In this document: positions 1-9,519 of the stretch, one piece after another
How the letters are laid out: every line of letters starts with the position of its first letter
Numbering within the stretch: the first letter of the stretch is position 1
NCBI GenBank assembly: GCA_963831745.1
Contig: CAWHRD010000005.1
Location: forward strand, 93,377 to 157,376
DNA: 64,000 nt
Source of the DNA: an uncultured Chloroflexia bacterium
GTDB taxonomy: Bacteria > Chloroflexota > Limnocylindria > Limnocylindrales > CSP1-4
Reading direction: 5' to 3'
Translations under genes and position numbers: made by a program
The notes under the pieces: generated by a model
Database searches by the model: none
Told to the model about the DNA's origin: nothing
The model's input: only the letters and a program-made list of their open reading frames with translations

Positions 1-13
1 TCGATCAGCCCTC

Positions 14-67
14 CGGCGTCGGGCTCGCGGCGTCGGGCTCCTCGGCGTCGGGCTCCTCGGCGTCGGG
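14..67. repeat. ~15-bp imperfect tandem repeat (CGGCGTCGGGCTCCT-like, ~3.5 copies)
   Basis: CGGCGTCGGG recurs four times with 14-15 bp spacing. Confidence 0.7.
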
Positions 68-229
68 TGATCGGTCCTGCACGCGGTATGGCAACAATCG
101 AGCGCGGTCGGCCTGCGGTTCCGGCCGTTCGAGCGCACGGCCAGGCGCGGTCATCGCCGAGACGATCGCACGACCGATCACCCGGCCGTGGTGTGGGCGC
201 TCGGGCCCGGCGGCCACGGCAGCTCGCCG

Positions 230-784
230 CTACGGCACTCGGCGCGGGGCCACCCCCACCGGGCCGATCACCGTCCGCCAGGCGCGCGTCAGCATCCGGA
301 ACTCGGCCGCCTCGAGGCGCTCCACTGCCACGAGCGCACCGGCGGTCTCGGCGGCGCACTCGGCCGCCTCGACCCGCACGCGCTCGTCGGCGGCCGCCGC
401 GGCAAGGGCGCCGCGCGCCGCATCGCGGGCGGCCTCGGCGGCGGCGCGCGCGACGTCGTCGCGCTCGCTGGCGAAGGCGCGGTCGCGGGCCATGCGGGCG
501 GCCTTGGGCAGCTTGTCGAGCCGAGGGTCCCAGTCGAACGACCGGCGTCGCTCGGCCGCCAGCTCGCGCGCCGCGTTGCCGTCGAGCGCCCCCGCGGCGG
601 CCAGGACGGCGGCGACGGACTGGCTGTTGGGGCCGTAGTCGCCGGCGGCGCGAAACGCCGCGATGCGCAGCCGGCGACGCCGCATGTCGAGGCGATGCAT
701 CGCGAAGAGGGCGAGGAAGAGGGCCCCGATGACCAGCGTGAGGAGGAGGTCGGCGGAGACCTGCCGGAGGGCGTCGTCGGTCAC
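230..784 (-). CDS. hypothetical membrane-anchored Ala-rich protein
   Basis: GTG start at 784; N-terminal hydrophobic helix (LLLTLVIGALFLALFAM), Ala-rich helical body, ends MLTRAWRTVIGP. Confidence 0.6.
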   Translation of the reverse strand: MTDDALRQVSADLLLTLVIGALFLALFAMHRLDMRRRRLRIAAFRAAGDYGPNSQSVAAVLAAAGALDGNAARELAAERRRSFDWDPRLDKLPKAARMARDRAFASERDDVARAAAEAARDAARGALAAAAADERVRVEAAECAAETAGALVAVERLEAAEFRMLTRAWRTVIGPVGVAPRRVP

Positions 785-802
785 GTTGCGATTGTGACCG
801 AC

Positions 803-950
803 GGGCGGGAATCGGGAACGGGCGACGGGGGCGCGGACCGGGGGCGCGGACCGGGGGCGCGGGACGGTGGCGGCGAACGATGCGGAGCGGGGGCGCCGGA
901 CGGGAGCGGACGCGCGACGGACGCGGAACGGGGACGCGGAACGGGGACGA
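803..950. repeat. G-rich intergenic tract with 13-bp tandem repeats
   Basis: GGGGGCGCGGACC x~3 at 827-863; GGACGCGGAACGG x2 near 919-945. Confidence 0.6.
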
Positions 951-965
951 GACCCGGCCGGGCGT

Positions 966-1217
966 TCAGCTGGCGGTGGCCTCGTCGGCACCGGACGAGA
1001 CGCGCACCGCGCTCGTGAAGCCGTTGGTCCGGTGCGACGAATTGCAGAACGGCTTGGTCGCCGAGCCGCCGCAGCGGCACAGGGTGACGGCCTTGCCGGC
1101 ATCCAGCTCGAAGGCGTTGCCTTCGCCGTCGAGGAGCGTGATCGGCCCCGTGACGCGGAGGTTGCCGTTGTCGCGGACGGTGATGGTTACCTCGGTCGGG
1201 GCCGTCGGATCGGTCAT
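966..1217 (-). CDS. CDGSH-type iron-sulfur domain protein
   Basis: LCRCGGSATKPFCNSSH matches the C-x-C-x2-S-x3-P-x-C-DGS-H pattern, preceded by an N-terminal divergent CDGSH-associated segment. Confidence 0.85.
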   Translation of the reverse strand: MTDPTAPTEVTITVRDNGNLRVTGPITLLDGEGNAFELDAGKAVTLCRCGGSATKPFCNSSHRTNGFTSAVRVSSGADEATAS

Positions 1218-1425
1218 GGGTGCGGGCCTCCAGCGTGTGGCGGGCTTCGTGGCGGGGCGGGGCGAGCGCACGGCACCGAACCGCGCGTGGTGCTCGCTCG
1301 CTCATCCTACGTTCGCCGGTGGCCATCCGGCGGATCCCCGGCGGACGAACCCAGGGTGCAACCCAGACCGCGCCCGATCAGGCGCTATCCTTACCGCTGC
1401 TTTCCACCATCCCCAGGGAGCCCAC

Positions 1426-2589
1426 ATGAAGGTCGGCGTTCCGAAAGAGACGCTGCCCGGCGAGCACCGCGTTGCCCTGGTCCCGGAGACCCTTCCCAAG
1501 CTGAAGGCCGCCGGGATCGACGTCCTCGTGGAGCGCGGAGCCGGGGCAGCCGCGTCGTACACCGACGCGATGTACGAGGAGGCGGGCGCGACGCTCGTCT
1601 CCGGCGACGCGGCCTGGACCCAGGCCGACTGTGTCGTCAAGGTCCAGAAGCCCACCCGGGCCGAGGTCGGCAAGCTGCGCGCCGGCCAGGCCCTCGTGGG
1701 GCTGCTCTCCCCGCTCATCGACCCGGGCCTGATGCGGGCGCTCGCCGACCAGGGCGTGACGGCCATCAGCCTCGACGCGATCCCGCGCACCCTGTCGCGG
1801 GCCCAGACGATGGACGTCCTCTCCTCGCAGGCGAACATCGGAGGCTACAAGGCCGTGCTCGTGGCCGCGGAGGCTTTCGGGCGGTACTTCCCGCTCCTCA
1901 CCACCGCCGCCGGCACCGCCAAGCCCGCCAACGTCCTGATCCTGGGAATTGGCGTCGCCGGCCTCCAGGCGATCGGGACGGCGCGCCGCCTCGGCGCCGT
2001 GGTGAAAGCGTACGACGTCCGGCCGGAGACCAAGGAGCAGGCCGAATCCCTCGGCGCCCAGTTCGTCACGCTCAAGACCGCGATCGACGCGACCGGGTCC
2101 GGCGGCTACGCCCGCGAGCTGACCGCCGACGAGCGGGCCGCCCAGCAGGCCGAGCTCAACGGCGTCATCGCCGGCATGGACGTCGTCATCACGACCGCCC
2201 AGGTCCCCGGGCGCAAGCCGCCGGTCCTGGTCACGGCCGACGCCGTGCACGCCATGAAGCCGGGCTCGGTCATCCTCGACATGGCCGCCAGCGCGCTGGG
2301 CGGCAACTGCGAGCTGTCGCAGCCCGGCGAGACGATCGTCACCGACAACGGTGTCCGCATCCTCGCCCCGGAGAACCTCCCGGCGACCGTGCCGATCAGC
2401 GCCAGCCAGTTCTACGCCCGCAACCTGCAGGCCCTCCTCGTCCACCTCGTCAAGGACGGGCAGCTCACCCTCGACCCGGAGGAGGAGATCACCGCGGGCG
2501 TCCTCATCACCCTCGGCGGGAAGGTCGTCCAGCCGGCGACCGCCAAGCTCCTCGAGCCCGCCCCCGCCGCCGGAGGTGCGCCCGCATGA
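1426..2589 (+). CDS. pntA: NAD(P) transhydrogenase alpha subunit, domain I
   Basis: MKVGVPKE..EHRVALVP, RAQTMDVLSSQANIGGYKAV, GIGVAGLQA, DVVITTAQVPGRKPP, GGNCE. Confidence 0.95.
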   Translation: MKVGVPKETLPGEHRVALVPETLPKLKAAGIDVLVERGAGAAASYTDAMYEEAGATLVSGDAAWTQADCVVKVQKPTRAEVGKLRAGQALVGLLSPLIDPGLMRALADQGVTAISLDAIPRTLSRAQTMDVLSSQANIGGYKAVLVAAEAFGRYFPLLTTAAGTAKPANVLILGIGVAGLQAIGTARRLGAVVKAYDVRPETKEQAESLGAQFVTLKTAIDATGSGGYARELTADERAAQQAELNGVIAGMDVVITTAQVPGRKPPVLVTADAVHAMKPGSVILDMAASALGGNCELSQPGETIVTDNGVRILAPENLPATVPISASQFYARNLQALLVHLVKDGQLTLDPEEEITAGVLITLGGKVVQPATAKLLEPAPAAGGAPA

Positions 2590-2894
2590 ACGACCTGCTC
2601 TTCCCGTTGACGATCTTCGTCCTGGCGATCCTGGTCGGGTTCGAGGTGATCGCCAAGGTCCCCGCCACCCTCCACACGCCGCTGATGTCCGGGGCGAACT
2701 CGATCCACGGGATCGTGCTCGTCGGCGGGATGATCATCGCGGCCGAGGCCAAGGACCCCCTCGGGTACTTCCTCGCGTTCGTCGCCATGGTCTTCGGCGC
2801 CATGAACGTGGTCGGCGGCTACCTCGTCACCGACCGGATGCTCCAGATGTTCAGGAAGAAGCCCGCGGCCGCCAAGGCCGAGAGCAAGTCCTGA
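2586..2894 (+). CDS. pntAB: NAD(P) transhydrogenase alpha subunit part 2 (membrane)
   Basis: KVPATLHTPLMSGANSIHG, NVVGGYLVTDRMLQMF; ATGA overlap with pntA. Confidence 0.93.
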   Translation: MNDLLFPLTIFVLAILVGFEVIAKVPATLHTPLMSGANSIHGIVLVGGMIIAAEAKDPLGYFLAFVAMVFGAMNVVGGYLVTDRMLQMFRKKPAAAKAESKS

Positions 2895-2905
2895 CGGGGG
2901 CCGTG

Positions 2906-4342
2906 GTGGACATCCAGACCCTCGTCTACCTCGCCCAGCTCGGCGGCGCCGTCTGCTTCGTGCTGGGCCTCCACCTCATGAACTCGCCGGCCACCGCGCG
3001 CAACGGCAACCTGCTCTCCGCGGGCGGGATGGTCGTGGCCGTGCTGGCGACCCTCGTCAGCCTCGTCGTCCGGGATGGCGGGATGGACGTGATCGCATGG
3101 GTGATCATCGTCGTCGGCTTCGTCATCGGCGGCGGCGCTGGCCTCTACACGGCCCGCAACGTCCAGATGACGGAGATGCCGCAGCTCGTCTCCCTCTTCA
3201 ACGCGGTCGGCGGCGGCGCCGCCGCGCTGGTGGCGATCGAGGACTTCCTGCGCCTGACCGGGGCCGCCGGCGCTCCCGTGTCGACGACGGTCTTCGTCGT
3301 CCTCGACGTCGTCATCGGCGCCGTCACCTTCACCGGCTCGCTCATCGCGTCGGGCAAGCTGATGGGGCTCATCAGCGGCAAGCCGATCATCTTCCCGGGC
3401 AGCCGGATCCTGACGATCATCCTCGCGGTCGTCGCCGTCGGCGGCACGGCCCTGCTGATCCTGGGCGCGGCCGGCACCCTGACGCTCGACGGGACCGTCT
3501 CGGTCCTCGTCCTGGGCGTGATCCTGGCATCGGCCCTCGTCTTCGGCGTGACGATGGTCCTGCCGATCGGCGGGGCCGACATGCCGGTCGTGATCTCGCT
3601 GCTCAACGCCTTCACCGGCACGGCGGTCGCGATGGCCGGCTTCGTGCTGAACAGCCCGGTGCTCATCGTGTCGGGCGCCCTGGTCGGCGCGTCGGGCGGC
3701 ATCCTGACCAAGCTCATGGCCGACGCGATGAACCGCTCGATCCTGAACATCATGATCGGCGGCTTCGGGGGCGGCGAGGGCACGGTCGCGGGCGGCGCCG
3801 GCGGGCCGGGCGGGTCGGTCCGCTCGGTCGGGGCGGACGACGTCGCGATCCAGCTGGCCTACGCGGCCAACGTCATCGTCGTTCCGGGCTACGGCCTCGC
3901 CGTGGCCCAGGCCCAGCACGCCGTGCGCGAGCTCGCCGAGCTCCTCGAGGAGCGGGGCGTCAACGTGTCCTACGCGATCCATCCCGTGGCCGGGCGGATG
4001 CCGGGGCACATGAACGTGCTCCTCGCCGAGGCGAACGTGCCCTATCCCCAGCTCAAGGAGATGGACGAGATCAACCCCGAGTTCGACCGCTGCGACGTGG
4101 CGCTCGTCATCGGCGCCAACGACGTGACGAACCCGGCGGCACGCCGGCCGGGCAACCCGGTCTCCGGCATGCCGATCCTCAACGTCGACCACGCGAAGTC
4201 GATCATCGTGATCAAGCGGTCGATGGGCCGGGGCTACGCCGGGATCGACAACGAGCTCTACGTGAACCCCAAGACGGGGATGCTCTTCGCCGACGCGAAG
4301 GAGGGCCTCGCTCACCTGATCAGCGCGGTCAAGGCGGTCTGA
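2906..4342 (+). CDS. pntB: NAD(P) transhydrogenase beta subunit
   Basis: MTEMPQLVSLFN, IGGADMPVVISLLN, VPGYGLAVAQAQH, HPVAGRMPGHMNVLLAEA; GTG start 2903 or 2906. Confidence 0.95.
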   Translation: MDIQTLVYLAQLGGAVCFVLGLHLMNSPATARNGNLLSAGGMVVAVLATLVSLVVRDGGMDVIAWVIIVVGFVIGGGAGLYTARNVQMTEMPQLVSLFNAVGGGAAALVAIEDFLRLTGAAGAPVSTTVFVVLDVVIGAVTFTGSLIASGKLMGLISGKPIIFPGSRILTIILAVVAVGGTALLILGAAGTLTLDGTVSVLVLGVILASALVFGVTMVLPIGGADMPVVISLLNAFTGTAVAMAGFVLNSPVLIVSGALVGASGGILTKLMADAMNRSILNIMIGGFGGGEGTVAGGAGGPGGSVRSVGADDVAIQLAYAANVIVVPGYGLAVAQAQHAVRELAELLEERGVNVSYAIHPVAGRMPGHMNVLLAEANVPYPQLKEMDEINPEFDRCDVALVIGANDVTNPAARRPGNPVSGMPILNVDHAKSIIVIKRSMGRGYAGIDNELYVNPKTGMLFADAKEGLAHLISAVKAV

Positions 4343-4367
4343 TCCGGGGGGGCGGGCCGACGCCCGG

Positions 4368-6326
4368 TCAGCCGGGCGGCTCGGCCTCGATGCCCAGCAG
4401 GCGCAGGAACGTCGCGGGCGACGGCTCCCGGCCCAGGAAGGCGCGCAGGAGGTCGATCGCGTCGCGGCTGCCGCCGGGCTCGAGGATCTCGCGTCGATAG
4501 CCGAGCCCGACCTCCGGCGAGGTGACGCCCTCCGCCTCGAAGCGCCCGAACATGTCGTCGCCGTAGACCTTCGCCCACAGGTACCCGTAGTAGCCGGCGT
4601 CGTAGCCGCCCGCCAGGTGCCCGAACGACGTCGGCTGGTGGGTCCCCGCGTGGAACGGGAAGCCCGTCCGCTCGTGCGCCGCCCGGTCCGCCTCGTCCGG
4701 GTCGACGGCCGCGGCGCCGTGGAGCCCGAGGTCCATGAGGCCGAGGGTGCACTGCCGGAGCGTCTTCACGGCGACGTTCAGGTCGCGGCTCGCGACGAGG
4801 CGGTCGACGAGATCGCCCGGGATCGGCGCGCCGGTCACGTGGTGCCGCGCGAATCGGCCGAGGACCGCCGGCTGCCAGGCCCAGTGCTCGAGGATCTGGC
4901 TGGGCGCCTCGGCGAAGTCCCACTCCACCTCGATGCCGCTGAAGCGCGTGAGGGCGGCCCGGCTCACCGTCTCGTGGAGGACGTGGCCGAACTCGTGGAA
5001 GAGCGTCACCACGTCGTCGTGGCGGAGGAGGGCGGGGGCGCCCGACGCCGGCGCGGGGAGGTTGGCGACGATCGCGGTGACCGGCGGGCGACGCGTCCCG
5101 TCGCCCATGCGTCGCGCGGGCACGAGCGGGAACGCCGCGGCGTGCCCGAACTTGCCGTCGCGCGGGTGGAGGTCCATCAGGATGTCGCCGAGGACCACGC
5201 TGCTCGCGGCGTCCAGCGCGCGCAGCCGGCGCACCTCGGGGTGCCAGGCGCCGCCCGCGGCGAGCGGCTCGAAGCGCAGGCCGAAGACCGCCGCCGCCAG
5301 GTCGAGAAGGCCCGCCAGCACGTCGTCGAGGGCCAGGTGGGCGCGCAGCTCGTCCGGGTCGACGGCGAAGGTGGAGGCCCGCTGCCGGGTGTCGCACCAG
5401 CGCCAGTCCCAGCCCGCGACGGGCGGCTCCTCGCCCACGAGGCGGAGCTCGCCGGCCATCGCGGCCCACTCCAGGGCGGCCTTCCGGCGCAGGGGCGGGA
5501 TCAGCGAGGCGTAGAGGGCCTCCACCGCCGTGGGGTCACCGGCCATCTTCTCCTCGAGCCGGTAGTGGGCCCAGGTCGGATAGCCGAGCAGGGCGGCGAC
5601 GCGGCGCCGGATCTCGAGCGCCTCCGCGAGGAGCGGGGCGTTCTCGGCGTGCGCCTTGTCGAACCAGGCCGCCTCCAGGCGCTCACGGAGGTCGCGCCGG
5701 GTCGCCTGCTCCAGGAACGGCATCAGGTCCGGCGTGGCGAGCGTGACGCGGCGCGTGCCGGGTGCGTCGCCGGGCGCTAGGCGGTCCACGTACGCCTCCG
5801 GCAGCCCGGCGAGCTCGGCCCGGGTCAGGTCGAAGCCGCCCTTCGCCTCGGCGAGGTTGCGGGAGAAGGCGCTCTCGACCACCACGAGCCGCCCGAGCAG
5901 GCCCTGGACCTCGGCACGCACCTCCGGGGCGAGGTCGCGGCCGGCGCGCCGCAGGTCGCGCAGGAAATGGTCGAGGAAGCGCCGCTCCTCGCCGTCGAGC
6001 CCGGCGCCGGCCGGCGAGCCGGCGAAGGCGGTGACCGCGGCCGCCAGGTCGTCGCGGAACGGCAGGTCGACCCGCCACGTGGACAGCCGCTCGTCGGCCT
6101 CCTGGCCCGCGTCGCGGATCTCCGCCTCGACGGCGACGTGGGCCAGGAAGGCGGCGCGACCGTAGGCGATGGCGAGCTGGTCGAGCGCGTCGTCGATCGG
6201 CTGGAGCACGTCGGCGAACCTACCCCGGCCGCCGGTGGCGCAGGCGCGGTCGAGGAGCGCGTCGGCTGCCGCGAGCGCGGCGTCCGTGATCGCGCGAACC
6301 TCGTCGGGCGTCCGGGCGAGCTGCAT
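4368..6326 (-). CDS. M3 family metallopeptidase (thimet oligopeptidase-like)
   Basis: TLFHEFGHVLH zincin motif, DFAEAPSQILE, HLAGGYDAGYYGYLWAKV, FLGREP. Confidence 0.92.
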   Translation of the reverse strand: MQLARTPDEVRAITDAALAAADALLDRACATGGRGRFADVLQPIDDALDQLAIAYGRAAFLAHVAVEAEIRDAGQEADERLSTWRVDLPFRDDLAAAVTAFAGSPAGAGLDGEERRFLDHFLRDLRRAGRDLAPEVRAEVQGLLGRLVVVESAFSRNLAEAKGGFDLTRAELAGLPEAYVDRLAPGDAPGTRRVTLATPDLMPFLEQATRRDLRERLEAAWFDKAHAENAPLLAEALEIRRRVAALLGYPTWAHYRLEEKMAGDPTAVEALYASLIPPLRRKAALEWAAMAGELRLVGEEPPVAGWDWRWCDTRQRASTFAVDPDELRAHLALDDVLAGLLDLAAAVFGLRFEPLAAGGAWHPEVRRLRALDAASSVVLGDILMDLHPRDGKFGHAAAFPLVPARRMGDGTRRPPVTAIVANLPAPASGAPALLRHDDVVTLFHEFGHVLHETVSRAALTRFSGIEVEWDFAEAPSQILEHWAWQPAVLGRFARHHVTGAPIPGDLVDRLVASRDLNVAVKTLRQCTLGLMDLGLHGAAAVDPDEADRAAHERTGFPFHAGTHQPTSFGHLAGGYDAGYYGYLWAKVYGDDMFGRFEAEGVTSPEVGLGYRREILEPGGSRDAIDLLRAFLGREPSPATFLRLLGIEAEPPG

Positions 6327-6582
6327 CGTGGCCTCCGCGGTCGAGGTGGCATCCACGGGACCCGGGTGCCGCACTGGCATCCTCGCCCGCCGGGCCAGTC
6401 TGCCATGCCGGCGCCGGATCGCGCGTCGGATCGCGCGTCGGGTCCGCGACACCCGGGGGTCACGCGGCTCCGGCCGCTTCCCGCCGGAGGTTGCAGAAGT
6501 GGCATCGATCATCGATTATGGAGACGTCAGCCGGTCCAGACGCGTGGACCGACGTTCGTCGACGCCCTCGAGGGATGCCCGG

Positions 6583-7743
6583 ATGAGACGCCTCAGCGAC
6601 ATCGGCGCGGCCGTGATCGGCAGCGGGTTCATCGGCACCGTCCACATCGAGACCCTGCGGCGCCTCGGCGTCCCGATCCGGGGCCTCCTGGAGGTGACTC
6701 CCGAGCACGGGGCAAAGCGGATCGCCGAGCTGGGCCTGCCCCGCGCCTACGGCTCGCTAAAGGAGCTGCTCGCCGACGACCGCGTCGAGGTGGTCCACGT
6801 CACCTCGCCGAACGCGCTGCACTTCCCGCAGGCGCGCCAGATCCTCGCCGCCGGCAAGCACGTCGTCTGCGAGAAGCCGCTGGCGACCACGTCCGAGGAG
6901 TCCGCCGAGCTCGTCCGGCTCGCGGCCGAGGCGGGCGTCGTCAACGCGGTCAACTTCAACATCCGTTTCTACGCCCTCAACCGGCATGCGGCCCAGATGG
7001 TCCGCGACGGCGAGCTGGGCGACGTCCGCCTCGTGAGCGGCCACTACCACCAGGACTGGCTCCTCCTCGACACCGACTGGAACTGGCGGCTCGACCCGGC
7101 CGAGGGCGGCATGCTCCGCGCCGTCGGCGACATCGGGTCGCACTGGCTCGACCTGGTGGCGACCATCACCGGGCGGCGGGTCGTGGAGGTGATGGCCGAC
7201 CTCGCCACGTTCGTGAAGGTCCGCCACCAGCCGGCGGGGCCGGTCGAGACGTTCTCCACCGAGCGGGCGGCGATCACGATCCCCCGCGAGATGGTGACCG
7301 ACGACGCGGCGACCATCCTCCTCCGCCTCGAGGGCGGCGCCCGCGGCGCGCTCTCGATCTCGCAGGTGAGCGCCGGCCGGAAGAACTCCGTCCAGTGGGA
7401 GATCGACGGGTCCACGGCCGCGGCCTGGTGGGACTCCGAGCGGCCGGACGAGCTGTGGATCGGCCGCCGCGAGCGCCCGAACGAGCACCTGATCCGCAAC
7501 CCGGCCCTGATGAACGCCTCGGGCGCCGGCGCGGCGTTTCTCCCCGGCGGCCATGCCGAGGGCTTCGCCGACACCTTCAGGGCGCTCCACCGCGCGGTCT
7601 ACACCGACGTCGCGGCCGGCGGCCCGGCCGAGGATCCCGCGTACCCCACGTTCGCCGACGGCCACGACGAGATGCTCGTCAACGACGCGATCGCCATCAG
7701 CGCCCGCGAGGGACGCTGGGTCGCCGTCGACCGCGGCGCATGA
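6583..7743 (+). CDS. Gfo/Idh/MocA family oxidoreductase
   Basis: GSGFIG Rossmann motif, KHVVCEKPLA, DIGSHWLD. Confidence 0.92.
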   Translation: MRRLSDIGAAVIGSGFIGTVHIETLRRLGVPIRGLLEVTPEHGAKRIAELGLPRAYGSLKELLADDRVEVVHVTSPNALHFPQARQILAAGKHVVCEKPLATTSEESAELVRLAAEAGVVNAVNFNIRFYALNRHAAQMVRDGELGDVRLVSGHYHQDWLLLDTDWNWRLDPAEGGMLRAVGDIGSHWLDLVATITGRRVVEVMADLATFVKVRHQPAGPVETFSTERAAITIPREMVTDDAATILLRLEGGARGALSISQVSAGRKNSVQWEIDGSTAAAWWDSERPDELWIGRRERPNEHLIRNPALMNASGAGAAFLPGGHAEGFADTFRALHRAVYTDVAAGGPAEDPAYPTFADGHDEMLVNDAIAISAREGRWVAVDRGA

Positions 7744-7795
7744 CCCCCTCCCCGACCGACGCACGCCGCCCCGCCCGCATGGAGGTCGCACCTCG

Positions 7796-8710
7796 ATGAA
7801 GCTCGGATTCCTCACCGCCCCGTTCCCCGAGACGCCGCTCATGGAGGTCGCCGACTGGGCGGCCGCGTCGGGCTTCGAGGTCCTCGAGATCGCCTGCTGG
7901 CCGCGCACGTCGGGCCCGACCCGCCGCTACGCCGGCACGAGCCACATCGACGTGGCCAACCTGTCCGACGCCCAGGCGACCGAGATCGTCGACGAGATCG
8001 CGTCGAAGGGCCTCGCCATCTCCGGCCTGGGCTTCTACCCGAACCCGCTCCACCCCGACCCGGCCCACCGAGAGCAGGTCATCGGCCACCTGAAGGCCGT
8101 CATGGTCGCGGCCCGGAAGATGGGGATCCCGCTCGTCAACACGTTCATGGGCGGCGACGGGGCGAAGAACCAGGACCAGAACTGGGAGGAGGCCCTCCGG
8201 GTCTGGCCCGACATCGTGGCCTTCGCGAAGGACCAGGGCGTGAAGATCACGCTCGAGAACTGCCCGATGCTGTTCAGCTACGACGAGTGGCCCGGCGGGC
8301 ACAACATCGCCACCACGCCACGCATGTGGCGCCGGATCCTGGAGCAGTGGGGCGACACGATCGGGCTGAACTTCGACCCGAGCCACCTCGTCCTCCAGAT
8401 GATCGACATGGGCCGCTTCCTCAAGGAGTTCGGCCCGCACGTCCTCCACTACCAGGCCAAGGACCTGATGATCGACCGCGACGGCCTCTACGAGCGCGGC
8501 ATCTTCTCCATGGGCATGGGCTGGCAGATCCCCCGGATCCCCGGCCTCGGCGACGTCGACTGGGGCGTCGTCTTCTCCGAGCTCTACCGGCAGGGCTACG
8601 AGGGCGACTGCATCATCGAGCACGAGGACCGTCGCTTCGAGGGCACCGACGAGAAGGTGAAGCAGGGCTTCCTCATCGCCCGCGACGTCCTGCGGCCGTA
8701 CTGCAAGTGA
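7796..8710 (+). CDS. sugar phosphate isomerase/epimerase (xylose isomerase-like TIM barrel)
   Basis: LENCPM, GLNFDPSH, HYQAKD, PGLGDVDW, IIEHED metal-binding motifs; GGAGG RBS. Confidence 0.9.
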   Translation: MKLGFLTAPFPETPLMEVADWAAASGFEVLEIACWPRTSGPTRRYAGTSHIDVANLSDAQATEIVDEIASKGLAISGLGFYPNPLHPDPAHREQVIGHLKAVMVAARKMGIPLVNTFMGGDGAKNQDQNWEEALRVWPDIVAFAKDQGVKITLENCPMLFSYDEWPGGHNIATTPRMWRRILEQWGDTIGLNFDPSHLVLQMIDMGRFLKEFGPHVLHYQAKDLMIDRDGLYERGIFSMGMGWQIPRIPGLGDVDWGVVFSELYRQGYEGDCIIEHEDRRFEGTDEKVKQGFLIARDVLRPYCK

Positions 8711-9519
8711 GCGTCCCGACACCCTCCTGGGCCGAGGTCACGGCCCCCCGCCGGCCCGACGAGCTCACGCCGGAGCTGCTGGCCGACCTCCTCGGGCGGG
8801 TCACCGAGCGCGACATCGCGAAGACGATCGACCACTCGCTCCTCCGCCCCGAGCTCGACGACGCGTTCGTCGAGGCCGGCTGCCGCCTCGCCGCCCACTA
8901 CGACGTTGCCTCCGTCTGCGTCCGCCCCGCCGACGTCCTGCGGGCGCGCGCGATCCTCTCCGGCAGCGACGTGGCGGTCGGGACGACGATCGGCTTCCCC
9001 CACGGCAACCACCGCACCGAGACGAAGGTCGCCGAGGCACGCCAGGCGCTCGCGGACGGGGCGACCGAGCTCGACATGGTGCTCCTTATCGGCGCGCTGA
9101 AGTCCGGTCGCGACGCCGAGGTGCTGGCCGACATCGCGGCGATCGTGGAGGTCGCCCATGCCGGCGGGGCGATCGTGAAGGTGATCTTCGAGAACGCCTA
9201 CCTGGACGACGTGGAGAAGGTCCGGGCCTGCCGCCTCAGCGAGGCCGCCGGGGCCGACTTCGTGAAGACCTCGACCGGCTTCGCGCCCAGCGGCGCCACC
9301 CACGCCGACCTCGCCCTCATGCGGGCCAGCACCTCCCCGCACGTCCAGGTGAAGGCCGCCGGCGGCGTCCGGACGCTCGACGCGCTGCTCGCGGTCATGG
9401 CGCTGGGCGTGACGCGGATCGGCGCGACGGCCACCTCCACGATCATCGACGACTTCCGCGCCCGCACGGCGGGCGCGGCTCCCGTCGCTCCCGCCGCAGG
9501 CGAGAAGGGTGCGTACTGA
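8707..9519 (+). CDS. deoC: deoxyribose-phosphate aldolase
   Basis: IDHSLL, IGFPHG, ELDMV, KVIFE, GADFVKTSTGF, VKAAGGVRT; GTGA overlap. Confidence 0.92.
   Translation: MSVPTPSWAEVTAPRRPDELTPELLADLLGRVTERDIAKTIDHSLLRPELDDAFVEAGCRLAAHYDVASVCVRPADVLRARAILSGSDVAVGTTIGFPHGNHRTETKVAEARQALADGATELDMVLLIGALKSGRDAEVLADIAAIVEVAHAGGAIVKVIFENAYLDDVEKVRACRLSEAAGADFVKTSTGFAPSGATHADLALMRASTSPHVQVKAAGGVRTLDALLAVMALGVTRIGATATSTIIDDFRARTAGAAPVAPAAGEKGAY

Noticed and set aside
5-217. 70-aa ORF at the window start
   Set aside because: Largely the translation of a tandem repeat; no RBS or recognisable domain.
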